DNA from: Octopus sinensis
Taxonomy: Eukaryota
Direction: 5' to 3'
NCBI RefSeq assembly: GCF_006345805.1
Contig: NC_042997.1
Coordinates: forward strand, 126,976,001 to 127,040,000
DNA length: 64,000 bases
The notes under the pieces were generated by a model. The model was not told the origin of the DNA. It made no database searches and saw only the letters and a list, made by a program, of their open reading frames with translations. Both the position numbers and the translations under genes were made by a program. The first letter of the stretch is position 1. Every line of letters starts with the position of its first letter. Positions 12,864-25,418 of this stretch are shown one piece after another.

Positions 12864-13202
12864 TAAGATAGATAGGTAGAGTGAGAGAGAGTGAGAGGGG
12901 TGAGAGTGATAGAGAAGAAGGGAGAGAAATAGAGATAGATAGGTAGAGAGAGCGCGAGAGAGGGGAGAGAGTGATAGAGAGGAAGGGAGAGAGATAGATA
13001 TAGATAGAGAGATAGACAAATAGATAGAGGGAGAGAGAGATGAGAGAGTGATTGAGATGAAGGGAGAGAAATATAGATAGATAGAGAGATAGACAGATAG
13101 ATAGAGGGAGAGAGAAAGGAGAGAGTGATAGAGAGGAAGGGAGAGAAATATAGATAGATAGAGAGATAGACAGAGAGAAAGAGACAGACAGACAGACAGA
13201 CA
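12781..13202. repeat. (GATA)n/(GA)n low-complexity tract
   Basis: Direct. Confidence 0.9.
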
Positions 13203-13615
13203 GAATGGTGTAGCTAAAGAGTGTGCTGCTTGAGTTTGCCGTGCCCCGCTAACTGAACCCTAAAGAACTTCATAAAACAGACCAAATAGTGTCGCCCTAT
13301 AAAAGTACCACCTGGGATAGACCTACCACAGTCCCCAATCGAGGCAGCTGAGGAGAGAGAGAGAGAGAGAGACAGACAGAGAGAGACAGAGAAAGAAAGA
13401 GAGAGGCATATTGTTTGACAGTCAGAATACCGTCGCATGGGTTCAAGGAATTGAGATGAAGCTACGTAATGGAAAGAGAAGTTGTAAAAGTCAATCCTTG
13501 AAACATGACAAGGAGAAACGGCAACGAATTCAAATATAGAAGAAATATGGGAAATCAAAGGAATTGGGAAACAGAAGCAATTGCAAATATAAATAACAAT
13601 CTATTCAAATAATTG

Positions 13616-13775
13616 CAGCGTGGAAGGTGTTTTGAAGCCATTTAAAAACATTTTGCCAGTGAAACATTTCGTCTCAAAGCGACGAAAATATTTTGGCAAA
13701 TTAAATTTAAATGTTGAAGTGAATCTAACGGTTTTGGTGTGTTTCTTAAATGGCTTCTAAACACCTTCCACACTG
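13616..13775. mobile_element. Short MITE with ~35 bp TIRs
   Basis: cagcgtggaaggtgttttgaagccatttaaaaaca versus tgtttcttaaatggcttctaaacaccttccacactg. Confidence 0.75.
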
Positions 13776-14926
13776 AAATTGTTTTTCTTTCAGCACATGA
13801 TCTCAGTAAATCTGTTCAAATATTTAGGAGCTAATAAGGAATCCTCTACTCAATTCGATCGCTCAGCTTACAACGTACAGTAGCGAAGTGATCCTCAAAC
13901 GCTACCTTGAAAATAGTTAAATATACAGGATAAAATAATATTACGTATAGTTTGTCAGAAAAGAAGACAGGGTAGTTACGGTTAAAAAGGCAGATGGGAC
14001 GATTTTTACGCGGCACTCAGAAATAATTTTTACATGTGCGAACGTTGTCAGGAAAGGACTTTAGCTACAAATCTACGAAATGTCGATTCTAAAACATCTT
14101 ATTTAGATACATTTCACTGGCCCCTGAGTTATTTTCCTTTAATTCTTTTTTTTTTTAATTATGCAAATTACCTTGGCCATAAATGTTTTTGTCTTGTTTT
14201 GTATGTATAAGTATTAGTCCCTTGGCTACTGGAAACAAGATTGGACAACAATCGTGCTAATGACGGCTATTGAGTCAGAAACGCGTGCTTGTGATTGTCC
14301 TTTTATCCCCAGACAATAAACCTGTTCTTTTATTTAAAAGCATGTCAACTTTAGTGACTCCTTGATTCTTGAGATTATTTCCCCTTGTCTTGTGAAGCTG
14401 GTCTTAATTGCCGTTTGGTAATTATAAAACATCCTTTCGAGGCAAAGATAATTTAAATAAATCATGTATTCATGTTGGACAGGTATTTGATATACCCGTG
14501 TTTATGTTATTCAAATACAAGCCACTGGCTTCTGAGTTATTTCTTTATTTCTCTTAGCTAATTTTGTTTAAATCATATAAAACCAAATATCTTGCTAAAT
14601 CTTTAAGATACTTCCACGTTATCACCTAACATCAACATTTACGAATAAATCGGAAAAATACATAACTATTCTTAAATAACGTAGCATTGTCATTAATAAT
14701 GAAGAAAACTGGAAGTGCCATTGTCATCTCCAGTCCTAACATCACAAATGTGCACAGAATATATTTGGAAGTAAACACATCACTAACTATATTTGTTATT
14801 GTATTTGTTACGTTTGACAATGTTTTGCTTTGTTATACTCATACACGTGTGTACGCGCTGTCAGGCTTGCTTGTTTTCCTTTAGATTCAGTTGCAAAGTG
14901 ACAATTTTACCAGCGTCAATGACGCC

Positions 14927-15115
14927 ACAGAAAAGGGAGAGACTTATCATATGTACACATTTCCATCTAGTTTACACTAAGATACGGGTAGAATGATCTC
15001 TTCAATATTGTGAAAACCCAAATAGTTCATGATACCCGTTACGTCCTCAACAAGTCACCCCCTTGCATAGAAAACAACAAATGCATCAAACACTTTCCAA
15101 AGCCATTTGTCAATC
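14927..15115 (+). pseudogene. Helitron Rep (HUH endonuclease) relic
   Basis: Frameshifted QKR..LSYVHI resembles QKRGLPHAHI; LFNIVKTQIVHDTRYVLNKSPPCIENNKCIKHFPKPF (14998-15108) resembles Helitron L..IV...MVHGPCG..N...PCM....C.K.FPK.F. Confidence 0.6.
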
Positions 15116-15399
15116 TAAATATGTATATAATGTTATTGCTGTTGTTTTTATACCATTTACTGTATTAAAGTGCAAATTTAAGGACTCTACGTTAGTTTCT
15201 AAATTGGTAGATTAGTAAGAAAGTCAGAGTAAATGTTTTGCTGTACCTAGTTGTAGGCTTTTATGTCTTAAGTTTAAATCCTGACAACGTTAACATTGCC
15301 TCTAGCATCGCTAGAGGGAGCTATCAGTCAAGTAATGGCGTCTAAATATATTTCTTTAAGGCATGCGAGATGTGAATGGAATTACAATAGAAAACTGCG

Positions 15400-16020
15400 A
15401 CATTTTGAATCCTCATTCAAGTTAGAGAAGAAGGATATTCTTACGATATTTCCCTGTGAGTTCAAACTGTGCGGAAGAAAGAGGAGGAGGAGGAGAAGAA
15501 CAGGAGGAGGAGGAGGAAGAAGAAGGAGAAGAAGGAGAAGAAAAAGAAGAAGGAAAGGAAGAAGAGCAACAACAACAACATCAATAGGGTTCGGTTACGG
15601 ATCTCATAGTTCAGGATGGGTTCGAAAAGTTTCGAACAGGAAATAAATCTTCTTTTGATGAAGACAAATTAAGCGAAACAGTTGAGAAAGATCCCTGCAT
15701 AGCAGTAGGTAAGCTGACGGAATAAATGGAGCACAAGGAAATCAATCATTGTCAACTACTTATGTGTGCAGTTGGGAAGAAGAAAAAGAAGAAGAAAAAA
15801 AGATGAACAAATGGATTCCGCATGATGTAACTGGGAAACATCAATATCAGCGTTAACAAATTCGCTTTACACTACTTGTATGGAATCCAAATGATCAATT
15901 TCTTCAACAGATTGTCACGTGACAAAAATTCGATTCTTTTCGAAAATCTGCAATGCTTGATCGTGATAACGTCTCAAAGTATTTATCAAAACGTAAGTTT
16001 CAGCAAAGAGAGCTGATGAT
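15400..16020 (+). pseudogene. Mariner transposase relic interrupted by an (AGG/AGA)n tract
   Basis: EFKLCG, FEKFRTGN, FDEDKLSETVEKDP, NKWIPHDV (WVPHEL motif), NDQFLQQIVT-DKNSILFEN (IVTCDEKWILYDN). Confidence 0.75.
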
Positions 16021-16149
16021 GATATTGTATGGCGGAGTGGAGCAAGCCTCATCCTCTACAACTTCCTTAGTGTCAGACAATCAATCACCGAAAGGAATTA
16101 ACTGTTTACGGTTTAGTCAAGTGGAAGGGATTGACACCAAGGACTTCTG

Positions 16150-17400
16150 AGATCGGTGAGATTAGTGCGGTTGATGTTCAGTTTAAACAACTGAAATTTG
16201 ACAACTGCAGGAGAAGTAACATAGCATATCGAGAGAGGAAAGTTGAGAGGATAGGCATTTTGAAAAGGGATAGAACTGAGCGAAGTAGTCAATACGAATC
16301 ATAAGGCGAGTAAAGACAACGTGAGTGACAAGAGGAAAGATAAGTGTATGGAGATTGATAGAATTATACAACTTGGGAAGCAACTGATTAGCTCAGATGA
16401 ACGTGGAGAGGGATGCATTGTAATTATTCGCTGGAAAAGCCGAGTGAGAACATAATGTTTTTGTGGCTCGAGATCGGAGTAGGTTACAAAGTAGCTCCTT
16501 GCTAATCAATCGGGGGGCAATTTTTTTGTAAACGTCTAGGTTGTTCGTTTGAGCTGCAAAAATACCGTCCCATTTGTGGGAGCAGCGTTCCAGTTTGGGT
16601 CTCCTTTGAGCTTTGTCGAGAATTAGCAGTAATTGGGGGTTGAAGTATTTCTTGGCTCTTAAGAGGAAGGCTAGTCTTTAGGATCAAAGTTTTGGTACGT
16701 TATAAATGTAATATCAACAGGTGAGATTATCAGTAATTAATGAACCTAACATCAATAGAAACTTTCTGGGTTATAGTTAGATGTCTTCTATGATTAGGGA
16801 GGTAGGGTGTAATGTTGTTTCCTTGATATGCACAATGATTGTCTTTGTTTTATTGAAGGAGAAAAAATTGACTTGTTCCGATTGGTGACGGTTTTCGAGG
16901 TCCTTGTTCATGGAGACAACAAGCTTTAGCGCGAGTGTGCAAGTTGCATGTGGATCACACCTATACAGAGAAGATTATGGAGGAGTGAACGGCATTATCA
17001 ATTGTGTAGCAGTGGGCGTTATTAGAAATGACAGCAAGTAGATCATTAACCTGTGAGATGGCAGATTATACTTTGTGAAAGGTTGGTGTTGGAGGCGAGA
17101 ACTAAATCAAGGGATTTGGAATGTCGTGTCGTTCAGAAATACGCTTTACAAGGGCAACTAGTTGTTATACAGAACTAATGATAGCAAAATAAATCGTTCC
17201 CTTACACGCAGTCACACGAAAGTGTGAGAGAAGTCTGAGCCAAGAGGAAAGGTGGATACTGAGATCGTTAAGAAAGATAATTTCAGTGGCACCGAATTTA
17301 GAAATTCAACGAAATACAGGGAAATTGTGAAATACAACGAGTTTCTGTCAGGCGACAGCGGCCTATTTTTTTCAATAACATACTCACCTACATATGTCAA
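16150..17400 (-). pseudogene. Old CR1-like LINE RT relic
   Basis: Minus strand: SDFSHTF (~DISKAFD), NLSQSII (~GVPQGSV), VNDLLAVISNNAHCYTIDNAVHSS (~INDLL..HSYADDSTLHSS). Confidence 0.55.
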
Positions 17401-17849
17401 GGATGGTATTTCAGAAATTAAATGAATTGAAAAATCAAGGCGTTGCTTCTACCTTTTCTCCAGGAACTTTCTCTTTAGTTTTATCTTTTGCTTTTCAAGA
17501 ACACTGATAATATTTTGTTCAATAAACATTTCAAAACCAGACAACTACAAAAGAATGTTTCAAAGAATTCATTGACTCTAAACAGACTGATTTCTACAAG
17601 ACAGTATTCTAAACCTCGATACATATTGATAAAATGCTATTTCATCAAATGGAGCATACATTGATTAAAAGAGGGTTTAATCAATTATATCTGATTATAG
17701 TTTTCCAAGCCTGGCGCTTCAAAACCGATACGATTATTCCGAACAACATTTATAATATGTGAATATCTCAATAAAACAACACAAAACACCTATGAAGATC
17801 AACATGTGACTCTGCCAGGTTATCGATGAGGCATTGAGAGAAACTGAAA

Positions 17850-18090
17850 GTGGTCGTTCAACCTGCTTGAAATAACAGCCAAACCACCCTAAAAAAGTAC
17901 CTTACCTTCTAAAATAAGGAAGAAAACCTCGTATTAAATAAGGTAGTCTTACATATCACTAATAAATAAATAAATAAATAATAAATAAATAAATAAATAA
18001 AAGCGGGATGGTTACAGCAGGAATACCTTTGATTACAGATCTAGATTAGGTTTATTCTGATGTTAAATAAACTGTAACAAGAGCGGCAAC
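17850..18090 (+). mobile_element. SINE family C remnant
   Basis: ttcaacctgcttgaaataacagcc..gggatggttacagcaggaatacctttgattacagatc; a related copy lies in the opposite orientation at 30380-30610. Confidence 0.5.
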
Positions 18091-18519
18091 AGAACAACTA
18101 AGTTGATGTCTAGATTTCAATGAACAAAACTTACTTCTAAGAGGGAGATTAGCCCCTTCATTATTAGAAAAATCTTTTAAATAAAACTAGTATAATATGC
18201 ATATAAACTTACGCATACACAAATGCCTACTGATATATACTCATTTACAAATATGGTCATTATCCACACATACGAGCAAGTAGCTTTGTGTTTTGGTAAG
18301 AAGTTATCAAATGGCGAATAGATTGTGAGTGACTATTGAGAAGTAGAATGTAAGTAAATGGAAGGTGGAGATATTTCTCAGTCACATTTGACTGGAGTAG
18401 CAAACAAAGAAAGTGTGTGAGTAAAAGAAATTAAAACTAGAGTAGACGGGAGTAAGTGGTGTAACAACGGTCGGAGTAGTGAATAGCCTTAACAGAAATT
18501 CTTCTTCTTCTTCTTCTTC

Positions 18520-19275
18520 TTCTTGCCTTTACATAGCTTCTAATGATGGAGATGTACTACAGTGTCAGCTGATCACTACCAGTTAACTAAGGTAACAACT
18601 CTTATTTTTCGAGTACCTTCCGGAGTATTCGAGCGGTTCCAAGCAGTGCTGTTTTCTGCAAGTGCTCCACCCTTATTGCAGCCTCTATTTGTTCTCGAGA
18701 TTTTTGCTCACTGTTCCTAGGGCTCCGACAATTATTGGTACTACTGCTACCTTCTTCATCGACCACTACTACTTAACTTCCCAAGCTAACCTGTCATATC
18801 TCTCGACTTTTCTTTCTTCCTTATCGCGTACCTTGTTGTTAACTAGGCATTCTATATCTATGATCCAGCATAGTTTGTTTCCTTTCTCAATTAAGTCTAT
18901 GGTGTTGGAGGTGAGACATAAATCAAGGGATTTGGAATGTCGTGTCGTTCAGAAATACGCTTTACAAGGGCAACTAGTTGTTATACAGAACTAATGACTA
19001 TTAAGACTATTCTCAATCTCATGGTCGCACTGAATCATAAAATCCCATAGGATCTTTGCATTTCTATTTTCGACGATACCTTCGGGTTTATGGTCGTACC
19101 AATTTTTTGCTCTGTCAAGTCCATACTTGTTGCAAAATGTCCAATGGACAAGCCTGGCTATATTGTCGTGGCGTCGCTTATATTCCTTCTGGGCTAGTGG
19201 TGTACACTGGTTGGTAATATGCCATACGGTTTCACCGTTTTGTCCACACATTCTGCACTTATTCTGATTCTATTA
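18520..19275 (-). pseudogene. 5'-truncated R4/Dong-like (RLE-type) LINE 3' end with (AAG)n tail
   Basis: CRMCGQNGETVWHITNQC (CCHC), KRRHD, ILWDF..DHEIEN, [PD motif replaced by an insertion], CWIIDI, VVPIIVGALGTV, KTALLGTARILRKVL; (CTT)n at 18500-18522. Confidence 0.85.
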
Positions 19276-19285
19276 TTATAATGGC

Positions 19286-19450
19286 ATTTCGTCCGTCTTT
19301 ACTTTCTGAGTTCAAATTCCACCGAGGTCGATTTTGCCTTTCATCCTTTCAGGGTCGATAAAATAAATACCAGTTGAACACTGGGGTCAAAGTAATCGAC
19401 CTATCTCCTCCCTGGAAATTGCTGGTTTCATACCAAAATTTGAAATCATT
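19286..19450 (+). mobile_element. SINE-B monomer fragment with tail 3
   Basis: Core gtcgattttgcctttcatcc, tail gaaattgctgg..ccaaaatttgaaatc. Confidence 0.7.
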
Positions 19451-20549
19451 ATTATCATATTGAGTAAATTACATTATTCAAAGAGGTAATATGACTTAGC
19501 TTCCTCATGGATGTATTCATTCGTTTGTTTATTATTTATTATAATTTTTCACTAAATGAGGAAACTGCTTTCTAACAAAGAAACAAAAGCTCAATAACTA
19601 GAATTTGGCTTACAGTATAATTGTTTTAGATCGAAATTTAGGAAAACCTTTGACACCTTTGCTGTTCCACTTACAGATTGTCTGTAAAATTGCGCGTTGG
19701 CCGGCCCATTTTTTTTTTTTTTTTGCTTGAAAAGATTAAATTTTGTAGATTGTCGTTTAGATTTTACCAACACAAGCAAATCTCTCGATGATTTTTGTTA
19801 TAATTGCGAATCCATAATCATGTTAGAGAAGCTGCAAGATTCGAAGTAGATATCCACAGATTTTCTGCTTATCGCTGCTTTCCGAAGAGATTTTCACAGC
19901 TGTAGGGCAGCTTACCTCCGAGTTTGTACATGACTTTTTTCTGTTCCAAATAACTATCTCAGGTGTGTTATGTTTTCACAACGAGAAGTTTTAATGGGAT
20001 GAGAATATTCCACCAATATTCCTGGTGTTGATATGTATACATACATTTAGTAGCAGATGTGTTGTTTATATTCATTCCAGGGTTGCCTTTTACTGGGGTT
20101 GTCATTGTATATTATTTTAGTAACGTCAGATCACAGTAAGAGGCAGTACGACGATGATTTTTCTAGGCAGCTGCTGATTCCGTGTGTTGTGTATGTAGGT
20201 ATGCATTCATACATACATGCATACATACATACATACATACATACATACATACATACATACGTACATACATACATGTATGTGTGTATCTTTGCATATGTGC
20301 ATGTGTGTGTAAGTCTGTATTGGTGCACATGTATATATATATATATCTGTATGTACTGTCATAACTATACCTATTTATCTACACCTACACTCATTCATTA
20401 TTTATGTATACACTCTTAGACACACGCCTATACACACACAAGCACGCGCGCGCGCACACACACACACACCATCGTTGTTTCGCTAAGGCATGGCGATACC
20501 AGATGCTAGAGCTCAATTGTTCAACTACTAACGTAGTTGAATAATATTC

Positions 20550-21372
20550 TTAAGGCCGCAATTTACTCACACGCAGTATCTTCAGAGCTTTGTCGTTAAT
20601 TCAGTTCTGAAGCAAATTGAAATCTGTTAAGATTTTTGAAAAGGACTAGTCTCTAGTTATATTTTGGCATTAAAAAATTGAGATTTGGTCCGATAGAAAA
20701 AAATTACATCAAAATTTGTAGCAATGTTATAAGAGAGTAAGTAACGCCTCAGATCAAGTTTAGATCTAAATAACTTTTTTATTATTTTAACAGCAAAATA
20801 TATCTATCTTTGCTTCAATAATGAGGAATTTCACAGTTTTGGTCCCATATAATAAAAATGTGTATAAAAAAAGTTGTCTGGTAAAATATTATGAAAAAAT
20901 ATAGGGTAAAAAATTGGATTTAAATATAATTACCTTTTTTTATTTTAAAAACTAAATATATTTTAATTAAGCTTAAATGATAGAGCTCAATTCAAGGAAT
21001 TTCCTGGTATCAATCTCATGCAATTAAGTTTTAAAAGAAAAAGTTATGAGCGCTTGTTTCTCAGATTTGATGGTGATAATATAGTTCTACACATTTTTTG
21101 TGAATATAGTTCTATAAGGGGACTTTTAATACGTGTCACCGGCATCATTGAAGGAAGGAAAAATTATCAACGACACCGCTAATTTGCAATTAGTTTAATT
21201 ACGTCATCTGTATTAGTTAACGCAATTATATCATGTAGACGCAGTCCTGTAATATCTGAGACGAGAAAAAAGTTTTAAAAGAAACAAGTTATGAGTGTTT
21301 GTTCCTCAAATTTGGGCGATAATATAGTTCTATACTTTTTTATGAATATAGTTCTATAAGGGGGCTTTTAAT
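20550..21372. mobile_element. Probable non-autonomous DNA transposon fragment with ~105 bp internal direct repeat
   Basis: Starts ttaa-ggccgc; 21026-21130 is repeated at 21270-21372; no second terminus found. Confidence 0.35.
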
Positions 21373-21431
21373 TTTCGATTAATTGACGCATTATTAATTA
21401 GCATAATAGCATAGCCTGGAAAAACATGGAT

Positions 21432-22259
21432 TACATGGAAAATGCGAGCAGAAGAAATAATATTCTTAACATTATAAACCTGGAAAAGTGCAGAAGAAGA
21501 AAATCTTTACTTAAAATATTGCAGTTAAGGATAAGAGTTGAATATTAAGAATTATTTGATCTTAATTTACACAGTAACATTATAATAAAAAAAAAGGTAC
21601 CATCATTTTGTTAAAATATTGACACACTAGAATACTTAAAAAGTGAGAGCCAGAGGTATCAGTATAGCTAAAGTTTTATGTAAAGCAGAATAGTATATAT
21701 GGTAGACAAATTCATTATGTAAAAAATAGGCAGGCATCGGGTCAAGACTAAAAATGTAAAGACTTGGCAATAACTTAGGCAATAACTCAAGCAAATTTTA
21801 CTGTGAATTTGTTGTTATAGGGAGATTTAACTGTAATATATAACTATTTTTTGTATTTTTTATTTATTACTATAACTAATTAGGGATTACTATTATCTTT
21901 TATAATATTTTCAAATTTCTAATTATTAATTAATAATTTTAAAAAATGAATTTTTTTAAAGTCCAATAAAATATTTTAATTAATTTATTTTAAGTTTTAA
22001 TAGAATTAATAACAAACAGAAGTAATAACTTGTAATAAAATTTTTAGTTTTAATAAAAGCTAACATTTTCTAAATCTAAATATTTTATTTGAAATTTTTT
22101 CCTCAGCTGCAATATTTTAAGTAAAAAGTTTTCTTCTTCTGTACTTTACCAGATGTAATAACTTGTCCTGAACTTTTCCAAGTGTAATAACTTGTCCTGT
22201 AATTTTCCAGTTATATAATCTTAAGAATATTATTTCTTTTGCTCGCATGTTTCCATGTT
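21432..22259. mobile_element. AT-rich foldback/MITE
   Basis: catggaaaatgcgagcagaagaaataatattcttaa..aagaagaaaatctttacttaaaatattgcag mirrored at 22106-22257; repeated subterminal tgtaataacttgtcctg. Confidence 0.75.
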
Positions 22260-22267
22260 ATACTTAT

Positions 22268-23060
22268 ACGTGGCACTTTGAGCAAATATCTATACTATAG
22301 CCTCGGCCCAAGCAAAACTATGTGAGTAGATTTGGTAGATAGAAACTGAGATAAGGCGGCGAGTTGGCAAAAACGTTAGCACGCTGGGCGAAATGCGTAG
22401 CCGTATTTCGTCTGCCGTTACGTTCTGAGTTCAAATTCCGCCGAGGTCGACTTTATCTTTCATCCTTTCGGGGTCGATAAATTAAGTACCAGTTACGCAT
22501 TGGGATCGATATAATCGACTTAATCCGTTTGCCTGTCCTTGTTTGTCCTCTCTGTGTTTAGCGCTTTGTGGGTAGTAAAGAAATAGGTATTTCGTCTGCC
22601 GTTACGTTCTGAGTTCAAATTCCGCCGAGGTCGACTTTGCCTTTCATCCTTTCGGGGTCGATTGAATAAGTACCAGTTATGCACTAGGGTCGATGTAATC
22701 GACTTACTCCCTTTGTCTGTCCTTGTTTGTCCTCTCTATGTTTAGCCCCTTGTGGGCAATAAAGAACTAAGAAATTGAAAGAAGCTCCTCGTACATATTT
22801 ATATATGTGCGCGCGCATCCACGTGTCTGTATTTGTGTGTGTGCGTGTGTATCTATTTATATATGTGTCTGTATTTGTCACCCCACCATCGCTTGTTGAC
22901 AACCGATGCTGATGTGCTTATGTCCCTGTAACTTAACGGTTCGGTGAAAATGACCGATAGAATAAGTACTAGGCGCTCGATTTCTTCGACTAAAATCCTT
23001 TAAGATGGTTCTCCAGCATGGCCGACGTCAAATGGCTGAAACACGTGAAAGGTTAAAAGA
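22268..23060 (+). mobile_element. SINE-A split by a nested SINE-B dimer
   Basis: SINE-A core breaks at 22351 and resumes at 22770. Confidence 0.75.
22353..22767 (+). mobile_element. SINE-B dimer with terminal Tx1-like tail
   Basis: Head plus 2 units, ends ..ttgtgggcaataaagaa; TSD-like agaaactgaga / agaaattgaaa. Confidence 0.88.
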
Positions 23061-23848
23061 ATACATTTTAACAACATAATTTAATACGGAGCCCGGTTGA
23101 GAACCACTGCTTTCGAGTAAAGCGATAGAAGAATACAGAACATAACATCGATGAATAAACGGCAGACGAGCAGTAGTTACACTCGTATTTTGATCAAGTT
23201 TTACTGACAAAAAAATGTTCATAATCCTTTCTGCTCATTAAACGCCATGATCATTACAATGCAAGGATATTCACTTTCTAATCTGTAAACTAATGAAACA
23301 AACTCAGTGCTGTTGCATTTGCTACCACAAACGTAACTGTTGTTCTGGTGCCATGGTTCATCTCATGAGACTTATAATAATGTAACTTCACAATTTTCCC
23401 TACACTTAGTTCTCTTCATTAACCTATTCCAGTCCTCAACGGGGAAAAAAAATCACTTTTATCATATTCTGCTGCCAAGGAGTCTTTGGTGCATTTCTGT
23501 GTCCACAAGTTCACCTAGTGAGATAAAAATATGGTTTGTGCTTCACTGTTTTTTTTTTTTTTTCTTTTGGTATCTTCATATTTTCATGTTTTGCAAACAG
23601 GGTTGACTAGACAGATGACATAAAAAAAAGAAGCAAAAATAACACGAACAAATAAATGAACAAAGAAGCAAAAAAAAAAAACAAAAACAACAACAAAAAA
23701 CAAAAACGAGCAACCACAATAAACAAGGAGAAGGGGAAATGAAGGATAGATTAAATATTCTGCTTGAAGGAAAGCGGGAATAACGAACTTCCTACAAACT
23801 GATCGACCAGAAAAAATAAAGAAAGAGAAAAAAGAAAACAAAAAAGAT

Positions 23849-24032
23849 GGCTGTGTGGTAAGTAGCTTACTTACGAACTACATGGTTCTGGGTTCAGTCC
23901 CACTGCGTGGCACCTTGGGCAAGTGTCTTCTACTATAGCCTCGGGCCGACCAAAGCCTTGTGAGTGGATTTGGTTGACGGAAACTGAAAGAAGCCCGTCG
24001 TATATATGTATATGTGTATGTGTGTGTATATG

Positions 24033-24077
<45 letters not shown>

Positions 24078-24085
24078 TATATATC

Positions 24086-24119
<34 letters not shown>

Positions 24120-24322
24120 TGTCTGTGTTTGTCCCCCCAACATCGCTTGACAACAGATGCTGGTGTGTTTACGTCCCCGTAACTTAGCGGTTCGGCAAAA
24201 GCGACTGATAGAATAAGTACTAGGCTTCCAAAGAATAAGTCCTGGGGTCGATTTGCTCGACTATAGGCGGTGCTCCAGTATAGCCACAGTCACATGACTG
24301 AAACAGGTAAAAGAGTAAAGAG
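23849..24322 (+). mobile_element. SINE-A, full length
   Basis: Head, core, (TA)n(TG)n spacer and tail all present. Confidence 0.9.
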
Positions 24323-24419
24323 AATATAAGATCATATACTCTGTTTAATATTCTCGATACTCAACAACAATAACAACAAGATTGATATTTCATGAACAGC
24401 AATAATAGTCTTTCCTTTT

Positions 24420-25030
24420 TTTTCTACTCTAGGGCACAAGGCCCGAATTTTGGGGGAGGGGGCCAGTCGATTAGTTCGACCACAGTACGCAGCTGGTACT
24501 TAATTCATTGTGCGTAACTGGTACTTATTTAATCGACTCCGAAAGGATGAAAAGCAAAGTCGACCTCGGCGGAATTTGAACTCAGAACGTAAAGACAGAC
24601 GAAATACCTATTTCTTTACTACCCACAAGGGGTTAAACACAGAGGGGACAAACAAGGACAGTCGATTATATCGACCCCAGTGCGTAACTGGTACTTAATT
24701 TATCGACCCCGAAAAGATGAAAGGCAAAGTCGACCTCGGCGATATTTGAACTCAGAACGTAACGATAGACGAAATACGGCTATGCATTTAACCCGGCGTG
24801 CTAACGTTTCTGCCAGCTCGCAGCCTTAATACTCCTTTCTACTAAAGCCACAAGATCTGAAATTTTGTAGGAGTGGACAAGTCGATTAGATCAACCCCAG
24901 TGTTTCACTTGTACTTAATTTATCGACCTCGAAAGGATAAAAGACACGTGGAATTCAGAACGTAGCGGCAGATGAAATACTGCTAAGCATTCCGCCCGGT
25001 GTGCTAACGTTTATGCCAGCTCGCCGCCTT
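24420..25030 (-). mobile_element. Cluster of SINE-B multimer and monomer
   Basis: Repeated aaggcaaagtcgacctcggcggaatttgaactcagaacg units; heads end at ~24830 and 25030. Confidence 0.85.
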
Positions 25031-25293
25031 ATGAACAGGAATAATAATAACCACAGCAGCAACACCAAACATATGTGACAGTAACAGCAGCAGCAGCAGC
25101 AGCAGCAGCAATTAAACACTATATAGTAGCAAAACATCATCATCATCATCAGCAGCAGCACATCGACTAACAACAGCAATAAAATTTTCATCTCTTCCCC
25201 CAATCACCGCCTGTCGATCTCTGTCCACACCGAGTGACGTAATCCGACAACTGCTGTTGTTGCTACTACTGTTACCATTGCTGCTGCTGCTCT

Positions 25294-25331
<38 letters not shown>

Positions 25332-25418
25332 TACTACAACGACGACGACTACTGTTATTGCTGCCGTACCAACTGCCAGCCTTATTACTGTGCTCCCACA
25401 TAACGTACCTGTTCATTC

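Noticed and set aside
20081-20135. Signal-peptide-like 55 bp exon (GCLLLGLSLYIILVTSDH), ccag|..|gtaaga
   Set aside because: Short, no upstream ATG exon found, and its best partner exon looks LINE-derived; compatible with chance.
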